A stretch of DNA of 64,000 nucleotides from the NCBI GenBank assembly GCA_951406725.2, contig OX597828.1, positions 28,830,001-28,894,000 on the forward strand. Direction: 5' to 3'. Shown in pieces: positions 25,301 to 37,906 of this stretch. Position 1 is the first letter of the stretch, and every line of letters begins with the position of its first letter. The position numbers and the translations under genes were made by a program. A model generated the notes under the pieces. It did no database searches and was not told the origin of the DNA. It saw only the letters and a list, made by a program, of their open reading frames with translations. This DNA is from Octopus vulgaris. Its lineage: Eukaryota.

Positions 25301-27574
25301 TTGATGATAGAGCCAGAGTGGAAGGCAGGAGAGGGAGAAGATAGACAAGATAATTTCCAAGAACTTACCACTGTGCCGCACCACTTTCTTCCCTTCCCCG
25401 TTCTCCATCATTGAAACAAAGAATAATAATTGGGAAGAAACAAAGAGGAGGAAGATGACAGGAGGAAGATGAGATAAAAGAGTGGAATTGATGACGATGT
25501 TGCTGAAAATGTGTCTATGCACACACACACACATATAAACTTACTAGAAAGACTATATGTGTCTGTGTGTGTTTAAGTAAATTAAACACACACGCACATC
25601 ATCAACGTTGAAGTAAGATACCTATAGAATGCATGTACCCGTTTTTCAGCTGTCTCTCATAAAAACGAAAGATTTATATGAAAATCTGATTTGCTATTTG
25701 TAATTATTTATGAATCTTACCCGTACATTGCATTCTTTGCAGTCACACACGAAACATCACCGACATGCATACACATATATAAACACACTGCTCTGGGCAT
25801 TCATTCCCATACAAAGTGAAATGACTGTATGATCTAACGAAGAGGCTTCTTTAAAGTAATCACCCGAAGAAACACATCGTACACTTTTTCATGGAGGATG
25901 ATGATTAAGCAATGTGTTAATTGTATCATATCAACGTACTGTGGATGTAATGATGTGTAGAAAAAATTGTAGGGATTTTGAATAAAGAATGTCGTTCAGT
26001 CCATTTTCTACCATTCATCCGCGCGCACACACACACACAATGCATATATGATAGTTTATTCAAGAAATCTGATGACCTTGCAGTTTCCAAAATATAGAAA
26101 AATAAAATAGAGAAGAAATAGCGATGGACGAAGACGAAGATGCATAAAGCTACCGTATCACTCCTATGGTGACCAGTAGAGACACCGATTCGAACAGGGA
26201 GATGCAACGTATCCACAGGGACCAGAGAATCACAACTGCTTCTCTCTATGCTATTCTTTCCGTCTGACCGATGCTACGGAAGCGACAGTATTTCATTGCT
26301 ACAAGTGTTTGATACGCCAAGCTTCCCATTGAAAGACACTCGTCTGTAATTCCAAGCAGTTTCAGTAATTAGTAATCAGCGGAAACTATAATTAATTATA
26401 CAGTGCAAATGTTCCCGCTCCTTCTACAACTTCTTCGGTTACCTGAAACAACAGAAATGGCGGATTTCATTGTTGCAGATGTGTATGGTATCCCAGCCAC
26501 GACAACGAGACTGCTTGATACATATCTCGAAATCTTTCGTTCCTCTGTCACGTAGTCATACTCGCAAGACGACGGGCGGCGTTGGATTTGGAGTTTTTTC
26601 CAGCACCTAAATGTAACTACAACTAGAGGTTCATCTATCACAGTGGTCATACTGTGCGCATGGTCACCATTGTCAGGAATTTTGTCCTTGCACATTCCTT
26701 TCTCTCTTCTTTCTCCTGCCTTTCGTTTTTCATTTTTTTTACTGAGAAAAAAATGCCGAGTAAAATAGAATAAAAGATACGTAAATGTTAAACTAACGCA
26801 TGGGTTTATAACGTAAGGGCTGTGTACACAATCAAACTCGCTCTCGAGTTCTCACATAATACGCCTAACAGCAAGATAAATTCAAAACAACTTGTACGGG
26901 AAAGCAAATGGTTGACAAAATGGATGAAAGGACCTGCAGACCTTGCTGTACCATCGAACTTGGTGTGTGGTCCAAACCAATAAACCACCATATCAGATGT
27001 GTGTTCTGGATCATGGTTTCTAGTTCACGATGCAGGGCAAACAGTATGTGGTCACCTGCGCCACTTTTCCCCGTTGGCATGCTTCTGGCAATTTTGAAGT
27101 TGTTGAGATGAAAGTTACTTATTTCTTGCTTGTCTCATTTGAGTGAAATGCAAACATCAGTAGCGTACTTGTTGTGGGATGGGGAGTGACCCACTCCGGC
27201 CGACGCTTATATAGGGACAGCACTTTGGGGTCCCCTACATAGGAACCGAGGTGGGGCGACAAATTCACGGGCGGTACGCTCACACACACTAGATATGTCA
27301 CTGGTAAACATGTTACAAAACACAAACATTTACTTAATTCGCACATAAACACGTAATTAAATGGTCACTGCTTCCGCCGAATTCATCTACCCATTGACAA
27401 GTCTTGTTTTTGCGTTTTGCAGTGTCGAAAATCACCATACCCAGCACTAAGTAAGTTTGTTATGGTTGCCAGTTTAATCGCTAAATCTGCACCGCTTGCG
27501 ATATAACAGGAACGAGGCTGGAGGTTTAATTTTCAGTGGGAAACTAACACGAAGAGGCGTACACTTATATATTG

Positions 27575-27966
27575 CTAGCAGTATCGCCCGGCGTTGCTCG
27601 GGTTTGTAAGGGAAATAACTATATAAGCATTTTTAGAGAGTTATAGCCAAAAAATAGCAAAAAAATGCATTAAAAATGGAAAAAAATTGATGGTAATTTT
27701 TTAAAAATCGTTGACTCATCGTAGACATTTTTACAGAGTTACTTCCCTTATATAATAGCGAAAAAATGCATTAAAATGGGAAAAAATGATGGGTTTTTTT
27801 AAAATCGTAGACACATCGTAGACGCGCGCTAATACCCAGAAGGGCTCGATATGAATCACGACTATAAGATACCCGGTTTTGGTTAAACTGCACCGCAAAA
27901 TGGGGGAGTAGTTAGGAATCTAAATCGTAGGAGACCGACACACAACCTCTCTTTTATATATAAAGA
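27575..27966 (-). mobile_element. Non-autonomous Helitron
   Basis: Minus strand begins A|TCTTTATATATAAAAGAG (5' TC) and ends ...ACCCGAGCAACGCCGGGCGATACTGCTAG (GC hairpin just upstream of 3' CTAG); no TSD; internal ~100-bp tandem duplication (~27628-27726 / 27727-27823). Confidence 0.85.
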
Positions 27967-28398
27967 TGTAGATAATAGTTTCAAACATAAAAACGCTATG
28001 ATGTACAAATAGGCAATATTTTTATTTTGAGCTCGTGTTCATTGTTCAGTCAAAACTTACCAACAAGTGATAATGCATCTCACCGTCTATCAGCCTGCAG
28101 ATAAATGTTTCTATGCAAGGATATTTGTTTGCTTTAGTTGTTGTTCTTTAGTCTTTGTCAACCTTGATTGCATAGACTTATGGTGAAAGCTGTTTCCGCC
28201 ATAACCGTAGCGCTAGCGTTTCCTTTTTTTTTTGTTTTTGTTCTTTTGGCTAGACGTAGTGTATCTAGGATTCCATTCCCCACTGTTCTCTCCTCCAACG
28301 CTGTAAGTTGTGATATGAGTGAGATTTGCCTTTTATTCATAGTAGAAAGTATGTCTATGCACGAGTAAATGTATGTATACATACATATATATATATAC

Positions 28399-28429
<31 letters not shown>

Positions 28430-28457
28430 CATACATATGTGTGTGTATATATATATA

Positions 28458-28761
28458 TCACGTGATCACGTGACCGACCAGACCATCATATGTAGTTACA
28501 CATCGCTGGTCACAATGCGTTCGCATTGTTTTAGCCTTCGAATGACGCCACCTCGCTGGCTAAGCGAGCAGGCCGACCGAAGAAAGAGTGGGAGAAAGAG
28601 TGGTGAAAGAGTACAGCAGGGATCACCACCCCCTGCCGGAGCCTCGTGGAGCTTTTAGGTGTTTTCGCTCAATAAACACTCACAACGCCCGGTCTGGGAA
28701 TCGAAACCACGATCCTGCGACCGCGAGTCCGCTGCCCTAACCAGTAGGCCATTGCGCCTCC
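28458..28761 (-). mobile_element. SINE family C (tRNA-derived head), tail type 1
   Basis: Minus head GGAGGCGCAATGGCCTACTGGTTAGGGCAGCGGACTCGCGGTCGCAGGATCGTGGTTTCGATTCCC (A and B boxes); head and middle shared with 51400-51590. Confidence 0.85.
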
Positions 28762-28771
28762 ACACACACAC

Positions 28772-28850
<79 letters not shown>

Positions 28851-29049
28851 TTGTAAACAAAAACCTTAAGGCTGTAAATTACAATTATAACATAAGAGTA
28901 CTTCATGTGGGTGCTCGAATGCTAGAAATAGTATTTAAAAAAAAAAAAAAAATCACCCTCAAATCACGCCCTAGTTCTTATAAATCAAACGACGGATACT
29001 TTGAATGTGTGTGGTCTTAAATATTCTCATCTGAAAATATATGTATGAC

Positions 29050-29265
29050 ACTCCGTCGGTTACGACGACGACGACGACGGTCACAGTCGATTCGATCAAC
29101 AGAACAGCTTACTCGTGAAATTAAAGCTTAATTGGCTGAATACTCCACAGACACGCGTTGTACCCTTAACGTAGTTCTCAGGAAGATTCAGCGTGACTTC
29201 GGATGAAACAAGGCTGCTCCCTTGTGAATTACAGGTACAACGTAGTTTTCCCAGCTGAGTGGACT
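29050..29265 (-). mobile_element. SINE family C tail fragment (tail type 2)
   Basis: ACTCCGTCGGTTACGACGACG..TACCCTTAACGTAGTTCTC..CAGCTGAGTGGACTG matches 36489-36690 and 51212-51390. Confidence 0.8.
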
Positions 29266-30301
29266 GTTATCTGATGATAAAATAAACTGGATGGGCACAA
29301 CTAGACTACGTTTGAACATATCTTTGTTCAATTTGGGCTTATACAACATAATATATTATCCAGTTAAGGTAGCAAATTCTTATTATATTGCGCGCTGTTA
29401 TTCATGAGCGGCCATCTTTTATTTTTATCTTAAACATCAAGTTATATATCAAAGCCCAATTTTTAAACAGTATCGTATTTTCATAGTCATTGCAACTTTC
29501 TCTCAAACATAACGACTAAATCCCATCTGTATCTGCTGCTATTTCGTGTCTATATTAAACTGTGCCATTATTTCTGATGTCCCATGCAAACAACGAGAAA
29601 CTAAGAAAATGTAGCGTGTCTGTTGTTTGTGGAACTAGAAAACATTCTGAAAAACTGAGAATAGTGTTAGAATTAATAATTCGTAACAACTTTTCTGACA
29701 GGTGTCACGACCAGAATACATTTGTTGTGACTCACATCCAGACAGCTGATTGGTCAGTTTGTCGTTGAGACGAAACCCTAATGTTGCAACTTCTCTTCTA
29801 TGACCGGGAAACAATCGCTTGTTTCATTATTTATTTATTTATATCGGTAATGGATAAATTTTCTTTCACTAGTTTGTTTTTCAATTTCTATTTCAATGCG
29901 TCAACCGAATTGGACGTTGTTGATCATCGAGTTTCAACGGAATGAACGGAAATTGAACTTGTTTCCGACGCACATGAATCTATTAAAGAATTTAATCACG
30001 CTCCACTTACCAAAATGATTCATAACAATTCCCATGTTGGTTGCTGGCTTTATTAGAATTGCTGCTGAGTATAAGAATGAAGCATTTCTTGCAGTGATAT
30101 AGAAAGGAGAAAAGAGGTTTTTTTCTGCTTCAATTTTTGTGAAATACAAGTTTTGTTTCTATGTAAGATATTAATTTTCCCCAAATATTGATTTTTGTCT
30201 ATTTTTTAAATTTTACATCGGCACAATGCCACAGCCTTGGAGGGAACAGTCGATTACATCAACTTTAGTACTCGACTGGTATTCACTTTATCGCCTCCAA
30301 A

Positions 30302-30722
30302 GGCGGCGCCCTGGTAGAATCGTTAGCGCACCGGGCGAAATGCTAGGCGGCATTTCGTCCGCCGTTACGTTCTGAGTTCAAATTCCGCCGAGGTCGACTT
30401 TGCCTTTCAGCCTTTCGGGGTCGATAAATTAAGTACCAGTTACGCACTGGGGTCGATGTAATCGACTTAATCTCTTTGTCTGACCTTGTTTGTCCCCTCT
30501 CTGTTTAGCCTCTTGTGGGCAATAAAGAAATAAGAATCGTTAGCGCACCGGGTAAAATGCTTAGCGGCATTTCGTCAGTCTTTATGATCTGAGTTCAAAT
30601 TCCATCGAGGTCGACTTTACCTTTCAGAGTCAATAAAAACAAGTACCAGCCAAGTGCTGAGGTTGATGTAACTGACACCCCATCCTCTCAAAACACTGCT
30701 GGCCCAGTACCTAAATTTGAAA
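30302..30722 (+). mobile_element. SINE family B, tandem/nested pair
   Basis: Long-tail unit 30302-30532 followed by a second unit restarting at AGAATCGTTAGCGCACCGG. Confidence 0.85.
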
Positions 30723-31354
30723 TAATTTATTGCCCTCAAGAAGACGGAGGAAATGCGCAAGAAAGTTTATACTGTATTGCGCTTTGAATACAGAACGTAA
30801 ACGGGCAGTAAGTAGAGTCTGCATTTTGAGCATGGAGCGAACAACAAAAGACCGGTTTCAATTTCTGGTTATAAACGATTCACTTCTATTAATACTGTTG
30901 GAAATTGTATGATTGTAACAATATTCGTTTCTTCGCCTCCTGAAGTCAACGAAGATAACCGTTAATTTTATGTATTTGTGGGTGTCGGCCATTATTGGAC
31001 TAGGTCATGCTTAACTTAATAGCACCATATGGGGGTGTTTTTTTAACACACTCACACACACACGTACACATGAATATACACGTACAAACACATCTATGTA
31101 TGTATGCAGATACGTATAGTATGTATATGTATGCATCTGTATGTATGGCAGTATAATCATAATGATTACATGTAAGTGCTGCATGTTATCTCACCCCCTC
31201 CATCAAACCGACATTGCCTGAACAGGTGTACGGTATGCCTTGTACCAGGTGTCGAATAATCGCAAAGAAACGCAAGATGAAGTGTTTTCGCTCAAGAACA
31301 CAACGCACCACCTGGTCCAGGAATTGAAACCACAATCTCACCATATGTACATAT

Positions 31355-31675
31355 ATATAATAACAAAATAATAAATAAAACATATGCATATATACATACA
31401 TATATGTACGTACCTACATCTATATATATATATACATGCATATATGGGCACAGGACACCAAAAAAACGTCGAACACAATGAGAAACGAAAACAAACACAA
31501 AACCAAGGAATTGGAAATTTTTCTTAAACAACGAAAAAATAGAGTACAAGACATACAACACAAGGAACATTACCCTTCTTCAGCTGCCTCTGTTTCATCT
31601 ACTCTGCGTTTCGAAGGTAAAGGCGAGACATGACTTCGTTGAAACAGTCCTTCTCGCAAAAGCAAATTAAATAAA

Positions 31676-31680
<5 letters not shown>
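31355..31680. repeat. TA-microsatellite-associated dispersed repeat (possible Penelope-like)
   Basis: CATATATGTACGTACCTACATCTAT..TACATGCATATATGGGCACAGGAC is the reverse complement of ~54606-54675; the CCCTTCTTCAGCTG block resembles 50230-50245. Confidence 0.5.
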
Positions 31681-31717
<37 letters not shown>

Positions 31718-31941
31718 CATACACTACATATAATATTTGTTAACAAACCAGAAAGGCTTTGCATGTTACGGATAGAAAACTACTATGGAAGATTCACAGT
31801 ATAATAATAACTCTATAATATCATAACATATATTTACCGATTTGAAGCGACAATTTTTAAATACAAACAAATGACCGAAAATGATGAACTAACCCCAGGT
31901 AGAATCGGAGAATATATTTTATGATATATTATTAAACAGTT

Positions 31942-32011
<70 letters not shown>

Positions 32012-32594
32012 GGATCTGCAGCCTAGGTAGGCACTGTCTACCTTGAATAAAATAGATCGCTAGCAGTATTTTCCTCTCATGGCAAATAGGCACCTAATTC
32101 AATAAAATTATGAAGGTTACTCTGATTACTATTCATAAAATACAAAATGTTTCATTTTTTGGTAGATTAGGTCGGCATACTTCGCCCCTACTTTCCAATC
32201 TGAGTATTCAAGTAACGCGTAATATTGCTGTGTACACTCCCACAATACCGTTTTCTTTACGTGTTATAAAAGCAGAAATAAATCTGCCATCAACTCAGTC
32301 GCCCGTTTGCGTTTAAATTATTTTTTGTGTGTTTTACTACATAGAGGTCACCAACTGTCTACCCTGAGTAATTGCTGATGCATATAATAGCTAGCTCAAT
32401 ATTTTGGGGAAGGAGAACGGCGGATATATCCATTCCAGTATGTGCCTAGTATTGAGCCCAAAAAGATGGAACACAAAGTTGATGTCAGTGGTTTTTGAAT
32501 TCCAAATATATGAAAAGGTCGGAACAAAAACGACTCTGCCATCCTGTCTTCGTATTAAGGAATAAGTAATTCGTTCTATTAGCACAAGGTCTGT

Positions 32595-33560
32595 CATTTT
32601 AGGGAAGGGGCTAGTCGATTTGATCGACCCCAGTACTCAGCTGGTATCTATTTTTATTGACCTCTAATGGATGAACGACAAAGACGATCTCGGTGGCATT
32701 TGAACTCAGAACGTTAAGCCAGAAGAAATGCCGCCAAGCATTTTGTTTGACGCGCTAACGATTCTGCCATCTCGCGATCTTGTAATAATTCTTTTTATTG
32801 TGGTCACAAGGCTTGAAATTTTGGTGGATGGGGCGAGTCGATTGTGTCGACTCCAGTGCCCAGCTAGCGTCTTAGGGAATAGGTACAATGCAAATTAAGT
32901 TTCGGTGGGATCTGAGCTGAACAAGTGAAAACCCGTAAGAAACTACAGCCTCAAATTTGACATTTGCAAGATTTGGAATCGGAACGTAAGGGACCGAAAG
33001 AAATATCTCCAGGAATTTTGTTCGTTGCTCTAATGAGTCCACCAATCCATGTTATCGTTTAAGATTCATAATGCGTAAAAACAAGCAAAACTGCCGGCCA
33101 AACTGCAACTCACACCTTATGATGCACTTCAAACTATCCCAAACCTGTTTTGTGTGTTTATACTTACGAAAAGAATATTCTTTTCGACTCTAGGCACAAG
33201 GTCCGAAATTTTGGGGGAGGGGGACCAGTAGATTACATCGACTCTAGTACGCAACTGGTACTTTAATTTATTGACCCTGAAAGGATGAAAGGCAAGGTCG
33301 ACGTCGACGGAATTTGAACTCAGAACGTAGCGACGGGCGAAATACCTATTTCTTTACTTTACAAGGGGCTAAACATAGAGAGGACAAACAAGGACAGACA
33401 AACTGATTAAGTTGATTATATCGACCCAGTGCGTAACTGGTACTTATTTAATCGACCCCGAAAGGATGAAAGGCAAAGTCGACCTCGGCGGAATTTGAAA
33501 TCAGAACGTAGCGGCAGACGAAATACCGCTCAGCATTTCGCCCTGCGTGCTAACGATTCA
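32595..33560 (-). mobile_element. Cluster of minus-strand family B SINE copies and fragments
   Basis: Repeated GAAAGGATGAAAGGCAAAGTCGACCTCGGCGGAATTTGA motifs; best copies at 33180-33345 and 33345-33560. Confidence 0.8.
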
Positions 33561-34406
33561 TGACCGAAGGGGGAGGGGTCTTTACCCTTTTATCGGGAAG
33601 CCAAGGATGGAATGTCTACAGGGTCATTCGTGCTGCTAAAATTTGTAGCGAAGTATCTCTCAAATCGCTATTTTGTACCGTCTTAGAAACATAAGGAATA
33701 AAGCAGGGAGATTTTCAAACAAAAGAAAAACAAAATACAAACCAAACACAAAAAAGAGGAGAATGCCTTCGATCATGGCTCTGCTGGATCAAGGCTGACC
33801 TGGGGTTAAACAACAACAGTTTAAATATCAATGTTCACGATTTCACCATCCCAAGTTGCTAAATGTAGAAACCGAAAATTGGTAAATAAAGTTTAGCACC
33901 ACGTAGTGTAACTAATCTTCAGTAGATAAGGGAAAGGAGGAATCCTCGCCTTTCTTCAACCATTTCTCGCCAATTAACTCATTATTGTTGTCAGAAATCA
34001 ATATATGTATATGTGTGTGTGTGTGTGTGTGTGTGGTAAAGATGCGTACGGTCTTCACAGCAAAATAATGGCGATGATGATAATAATAATAATAATAATG
34101 ATAATCATAATAATAATCTAACGGAATATGGCCAACAGAAAAGTAGTTATGTAGAATTATTAGATGAATAAAATATAGCAATAAAGAGGACAAAAATACA
34201 AGACATGGTAAACATTTTGGTAAATATCTCCATAAATAGCTATTTTAGGGTCCTTTAGGGATGAACTAATTCCTGCGGCGAGGTGTTACAATAAATGTCT
34301 AAGACTGCGGCATATTTTTTTTTCTATTTTACCTTTATACTTTTTCGATTTATTTTTTTTGGCATGGATTTTTATTTTATTTATTTCATTTTAATTTCAC
34401 TTATTA

Positions 34407-34444
<38 letters not shown>

Positions 34445-34560
34445 GCTTACAGCGTCTAAAAATATTCGTTTATAGGCAGAAGAAATATATGAATAAATTG
34501 TTTGCTAGTATATAGATTGTCAGACCGCCTCTGACTCCGTCGCATCATGTGTGTGCGTGC

Positions 34561-34601
<41 letters not shown>

Positions 34602-35149
34602 CATATATATATATATATATACACACGTGTGTTTATGAAATGCCATATGGAATAAATATGGAAACATACATTCACGCAAGGAAACATACATTCACGCGCA
34701 CTTGTCTATGCACACATATACAATTACACACATATATACACACATTAATGCAAATACAAAAATTAACCCCCACACACACACACGTTTACAAACATACATG
34801 TGTAAACACACCCGCAAAAAACATTTAATTGAAAACGAAACACGATTAAACATAACTATTTTAAAGAAACGGAGAATCGTATGTATTTTTTTACTGAGGA
34901 AATGGAGGACGCGTTGAAGACATTGGTGAAGGTTTCAATCTTGGGTTGTATACAAGTCAATGGATTCTTCTTCTTGAGATAGTAGAACCGGCAGAGAGTC
35001 GATAAAATAGCACACAATATTAAAATCACATTTCGTGTTCAAATTCCGTCGAGGTCCACTTTGCCTCTCATCCCTTTTGTGATGGATAAAGCCAATACCG
35101 ATTGACCACTGGGGTCGGTGTCATAGACTTAATCTCTCTCCACCCCCGA

Positions 35150-35420
35150 GCTTTGTGCCAAAACTTGGAAACAATATTAAATCACATCTCTTAAGGCAGC
35201 GAGCTGGGAGAATTCGGTAGCAGCATTTCGTCTGTCGCTACGTTCTGAGTTCGAATTCCGCCGAGGTCGACTTCAGCTTTCATACTTTAGGAGTAGATAA
35301 AATAAGTACCAGTTGCGTACTGGGGTCGATGTAATCGTTATGCCTCCTCCCCCAGAAATTGCTGGCCTTGTGCCAAAATTTAAAACCAATATTAAATCAC
35401 TTTTCTCTCTTTCTCACTTA
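35150..35420 (+). repeat. Family B SINE with flanks; one arm of an inverted duplication with 39926-40215
   Basis: TSD-like CAATATTAAATCAC on both sides; the whole block, including non-SINE flanks, recurs inverted at 39926-40215. Confidence 0.88.
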
Positions 35421-35495
35421 TGAAACGTTTGCCATAGCCGTCCTGGCTATTTGGTGCCGCTGGTTTGACGCTGATTTATGGGATATCAAGCTTTT

Positions 35496-35535
<40 letters not shown>

Positions 35536-35851
35536 ATATTTCTCTTATGTGTTTGAGAAGGAAAATGATTATGTCAATCGTCAATTAAATTATAATCTCT
35601 CTCATTCTATATTGTGTACATTTCTGCGCTCGCACGCTTGCCTCAAGCGCCAAAGCAGCTTGAATGCCCAGTAAGCCATGCCATATCAGCATCCAAAGTG
35701 CTGCGCCCAACTGTCTCATTCCGTTCCGGCTGCTTTTCCATTCTGCCAGAAACAGCTTTTCTCCATCCCAGAAGCAATGAAACGGTTTCAAATTTGGGCA
35801 TAAATCCTTTAGTTATGGGGGGAAGAGATTGGCCGATATCATCGTCCCCCA

Positions 35852-36086
35852 TAGGCGGCGAGCTGGCAGAAACGTTAGCGCTACGGACGAAATGCTGAGC
35901 GGTATTTCGTCTGCCGCTACGTTCTGAGTTCAAATTCCGCCGAGGTCGACTTTGTCTTTCATCCTTTCGGGGTCGATAAATTAAGTACCAGTTACGCACT
36001 GGGGTCGATGTAATCGACTTAATACCTATGTCTGTCCTTGTTTGTCCCCTCTATGTTTAGCCCCTTGTGGTTAATAAAGAAATAGG
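35852..36086 (+). mobile_element. SINE family B, full length, with 15-bp TSD
   Basis: TATCATCGTCCCCCA at 35837-35851 and 36087-36101; inserted into an older minus-strand family B-like copy. Confidence 0.92.
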
Positions 36087-36488
36087 TATCATCGTCCCCC
36101 AAAAAGATGAACAGCAAAGTTAACCTCGACGGATTTTGAACCCAGAAGAAATTTCGCAGCCAGGATCAATAGAATGAGAGCGAGTTGGATACTTCGATTG
36201 ATGTAAGCGAGTTGATCGTCCCATAATCCAAATTTGTAGGGGGTGGGACATGTTGAATATCGTTATTAGGAAAGCAGTAAGTTGGCACAATCGTTAGGGA
36301 GTGCATCAAAATACCTTGTGGTTTTCAATTACATTTCTTTAACTTCTAAATTCGAATCGTCTTCATCCAGACTTTGCCTTATTTCCTTTGAGAAGAATTC
36401 GGTAAGCAGCGGTCGACTACAAATACAGGTTCAATACTATCGGCTATAACCTCATAGGTTAATGTCAGTGTTGGAAATATGTAGGAGT

Positions 36489-36800
36489 ACTCCGTCGGTT
36501 ACGACGACGAGGGTCTCAGCTGATACAATCAACGGAATATCCTGCTCAGGAAATTAACGTTCAAGTGGCTGAGCACTCCACAGGCACGTGTACCCTTAAC
36601 GTAGTTCTCGGGGAGATTTAGCGTGACACTGTGTGACAAGGCTGGCCCTTTGAAATACAGGTACTACTCGTTTTTGCCAGCTGAGTGGATTGGAGCAACA
36701 TGAAATAAAGTGCCTTGCTCAAGGACACAACGCGTCGACAGGAATTGAACTCATGATCTTACGATCACGAGCTGAATACCCTAACTATGAAGCTACGCGC
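36489..36800 (-). mobile_element. SINE family C (CORE-like middle, tail type 2)
   Basis: Tail as at 29050; minus-strand GTGTCCTTGAGCAAGGCACTTTATTTCA CORE-like motif; degraded tRNA head at ~36740-36800. Confidence 0.8.
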
Positions 36801-37689
36801 TACACTTATCAGAAAACCTATTTCTTTATTACCCACAAGAGGCTAAACATAGGAGGGACAAACATGGACGGACATAGGTATTAAGTCGATTATATCGACC
36901 CCAGTGCGTAACTGGTACTTAATTTATCGACCCCGAAAGGATGAAAGGCAGAAAACCACCAGGAAGGCAGTGTTTCTTCGAATCTTTAATGAATCACCGA
37001 CAAACAAGTCTCCGTTAAAGACTTCATAAGCATTCTTGATTTGGTTAATTTTTTTCCTCCTTTTCTTTTCTCCTGCTGTGAAAAATACCCTAGCGGACAG
37101 AACTGTCACTCATTTACTTCTCATTGAGTAAAATGATAAAGGTAAAAACATAATAAATGGGTAGAAGAACCGAATGAGAAAAGGAAGAAAGACGTATTTG
37201 AAAGGAAGAAAGTCATAAAAAGAAAGACTGCGAAAATTGAAGAATTTCAATAACAAATTAAAAGAACAAGATTCTCAAAATGCAAATGGATTAGAAAAGT
37301 TCGACCAAGAGTTCTCGGTCGAGTGCACGAGTGCGCCGAGTTATGCGGCCGGTTGATTGCCGGGGAGTAAGTCTGAGTACGACGAAGACCACGAGTGTGT
37401 GTGTCCGTGTGTTATCGACGAGGCACGAAGCGGCGATTTTACTTTCAAGAGCATGCTGGCCAATTAAGCAGGCGCTTATCTCGGGTTCCGTGGATGTAAC
37501 CCTTGGGGCCCTGACCCCCTGAACCTTATTTGACCATATACCTGGCAATCCACCGGTGCTACAGTATAGAGAAAAATAAGCCATCCACCGGTAAACCGGT
37601 GTTACAGGCTGAAAGCTTAAGCAATTGGGAGTATCATTTACCTTTTACTTGTTTCAGTCATTAGACTGCGGCCATGCTTTTTTTTTTTT

Positions 37690-37906
37690 CAGGTATATGA
37701 CGTAGTGGTTAAGATTTCGAGTTCGATTCCAGGCAGTAACCTGAAAATTGATAATAATAACATTAATAATAATAATATCGAAAAATACCTTAGGAATGAG
37801 AATCCAGGTTCGAAATTTTCCCAAGACACCTGATGAAGGCTGGAGGTTATATCAGCCGAAACGTTGTGTTAACAACAAGATGAGGACAAATATCCGTCAA
37901 ATGTAA
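37690..37906 (+). mobile_element. tRNA-headed short retroelement carrying a hammerhead ribozyme (retrozyme/SINE-like), TSD-flanked
   Basis: A-box TGACGTAGTGG (37698-37708), B-box GAGTTCGATTCC (37719-37730), AAT-rich linker, hammerhead 37825-37870; ATGC(T)12-13 on both sides (37674-37689; 37907-37923); sits inside a minus-strand family A SINE (37640-38300). Confidence 0.75.
37825..37870 (+). ncRNA. Minimal type I hammerhead ribozyme motif
   Basis: GACAC-CUGAUGA-A-GGCUG(gagguuauau)CAGCC-GAAA-CGU-U-GUGUU. Confidence 0.65.

Noticed and set aside
28690-28761. tRNA genes at the SINE heads
   Set aside because: No acceptor-stem closure or poly-T terminator; each continues into a SINE body.
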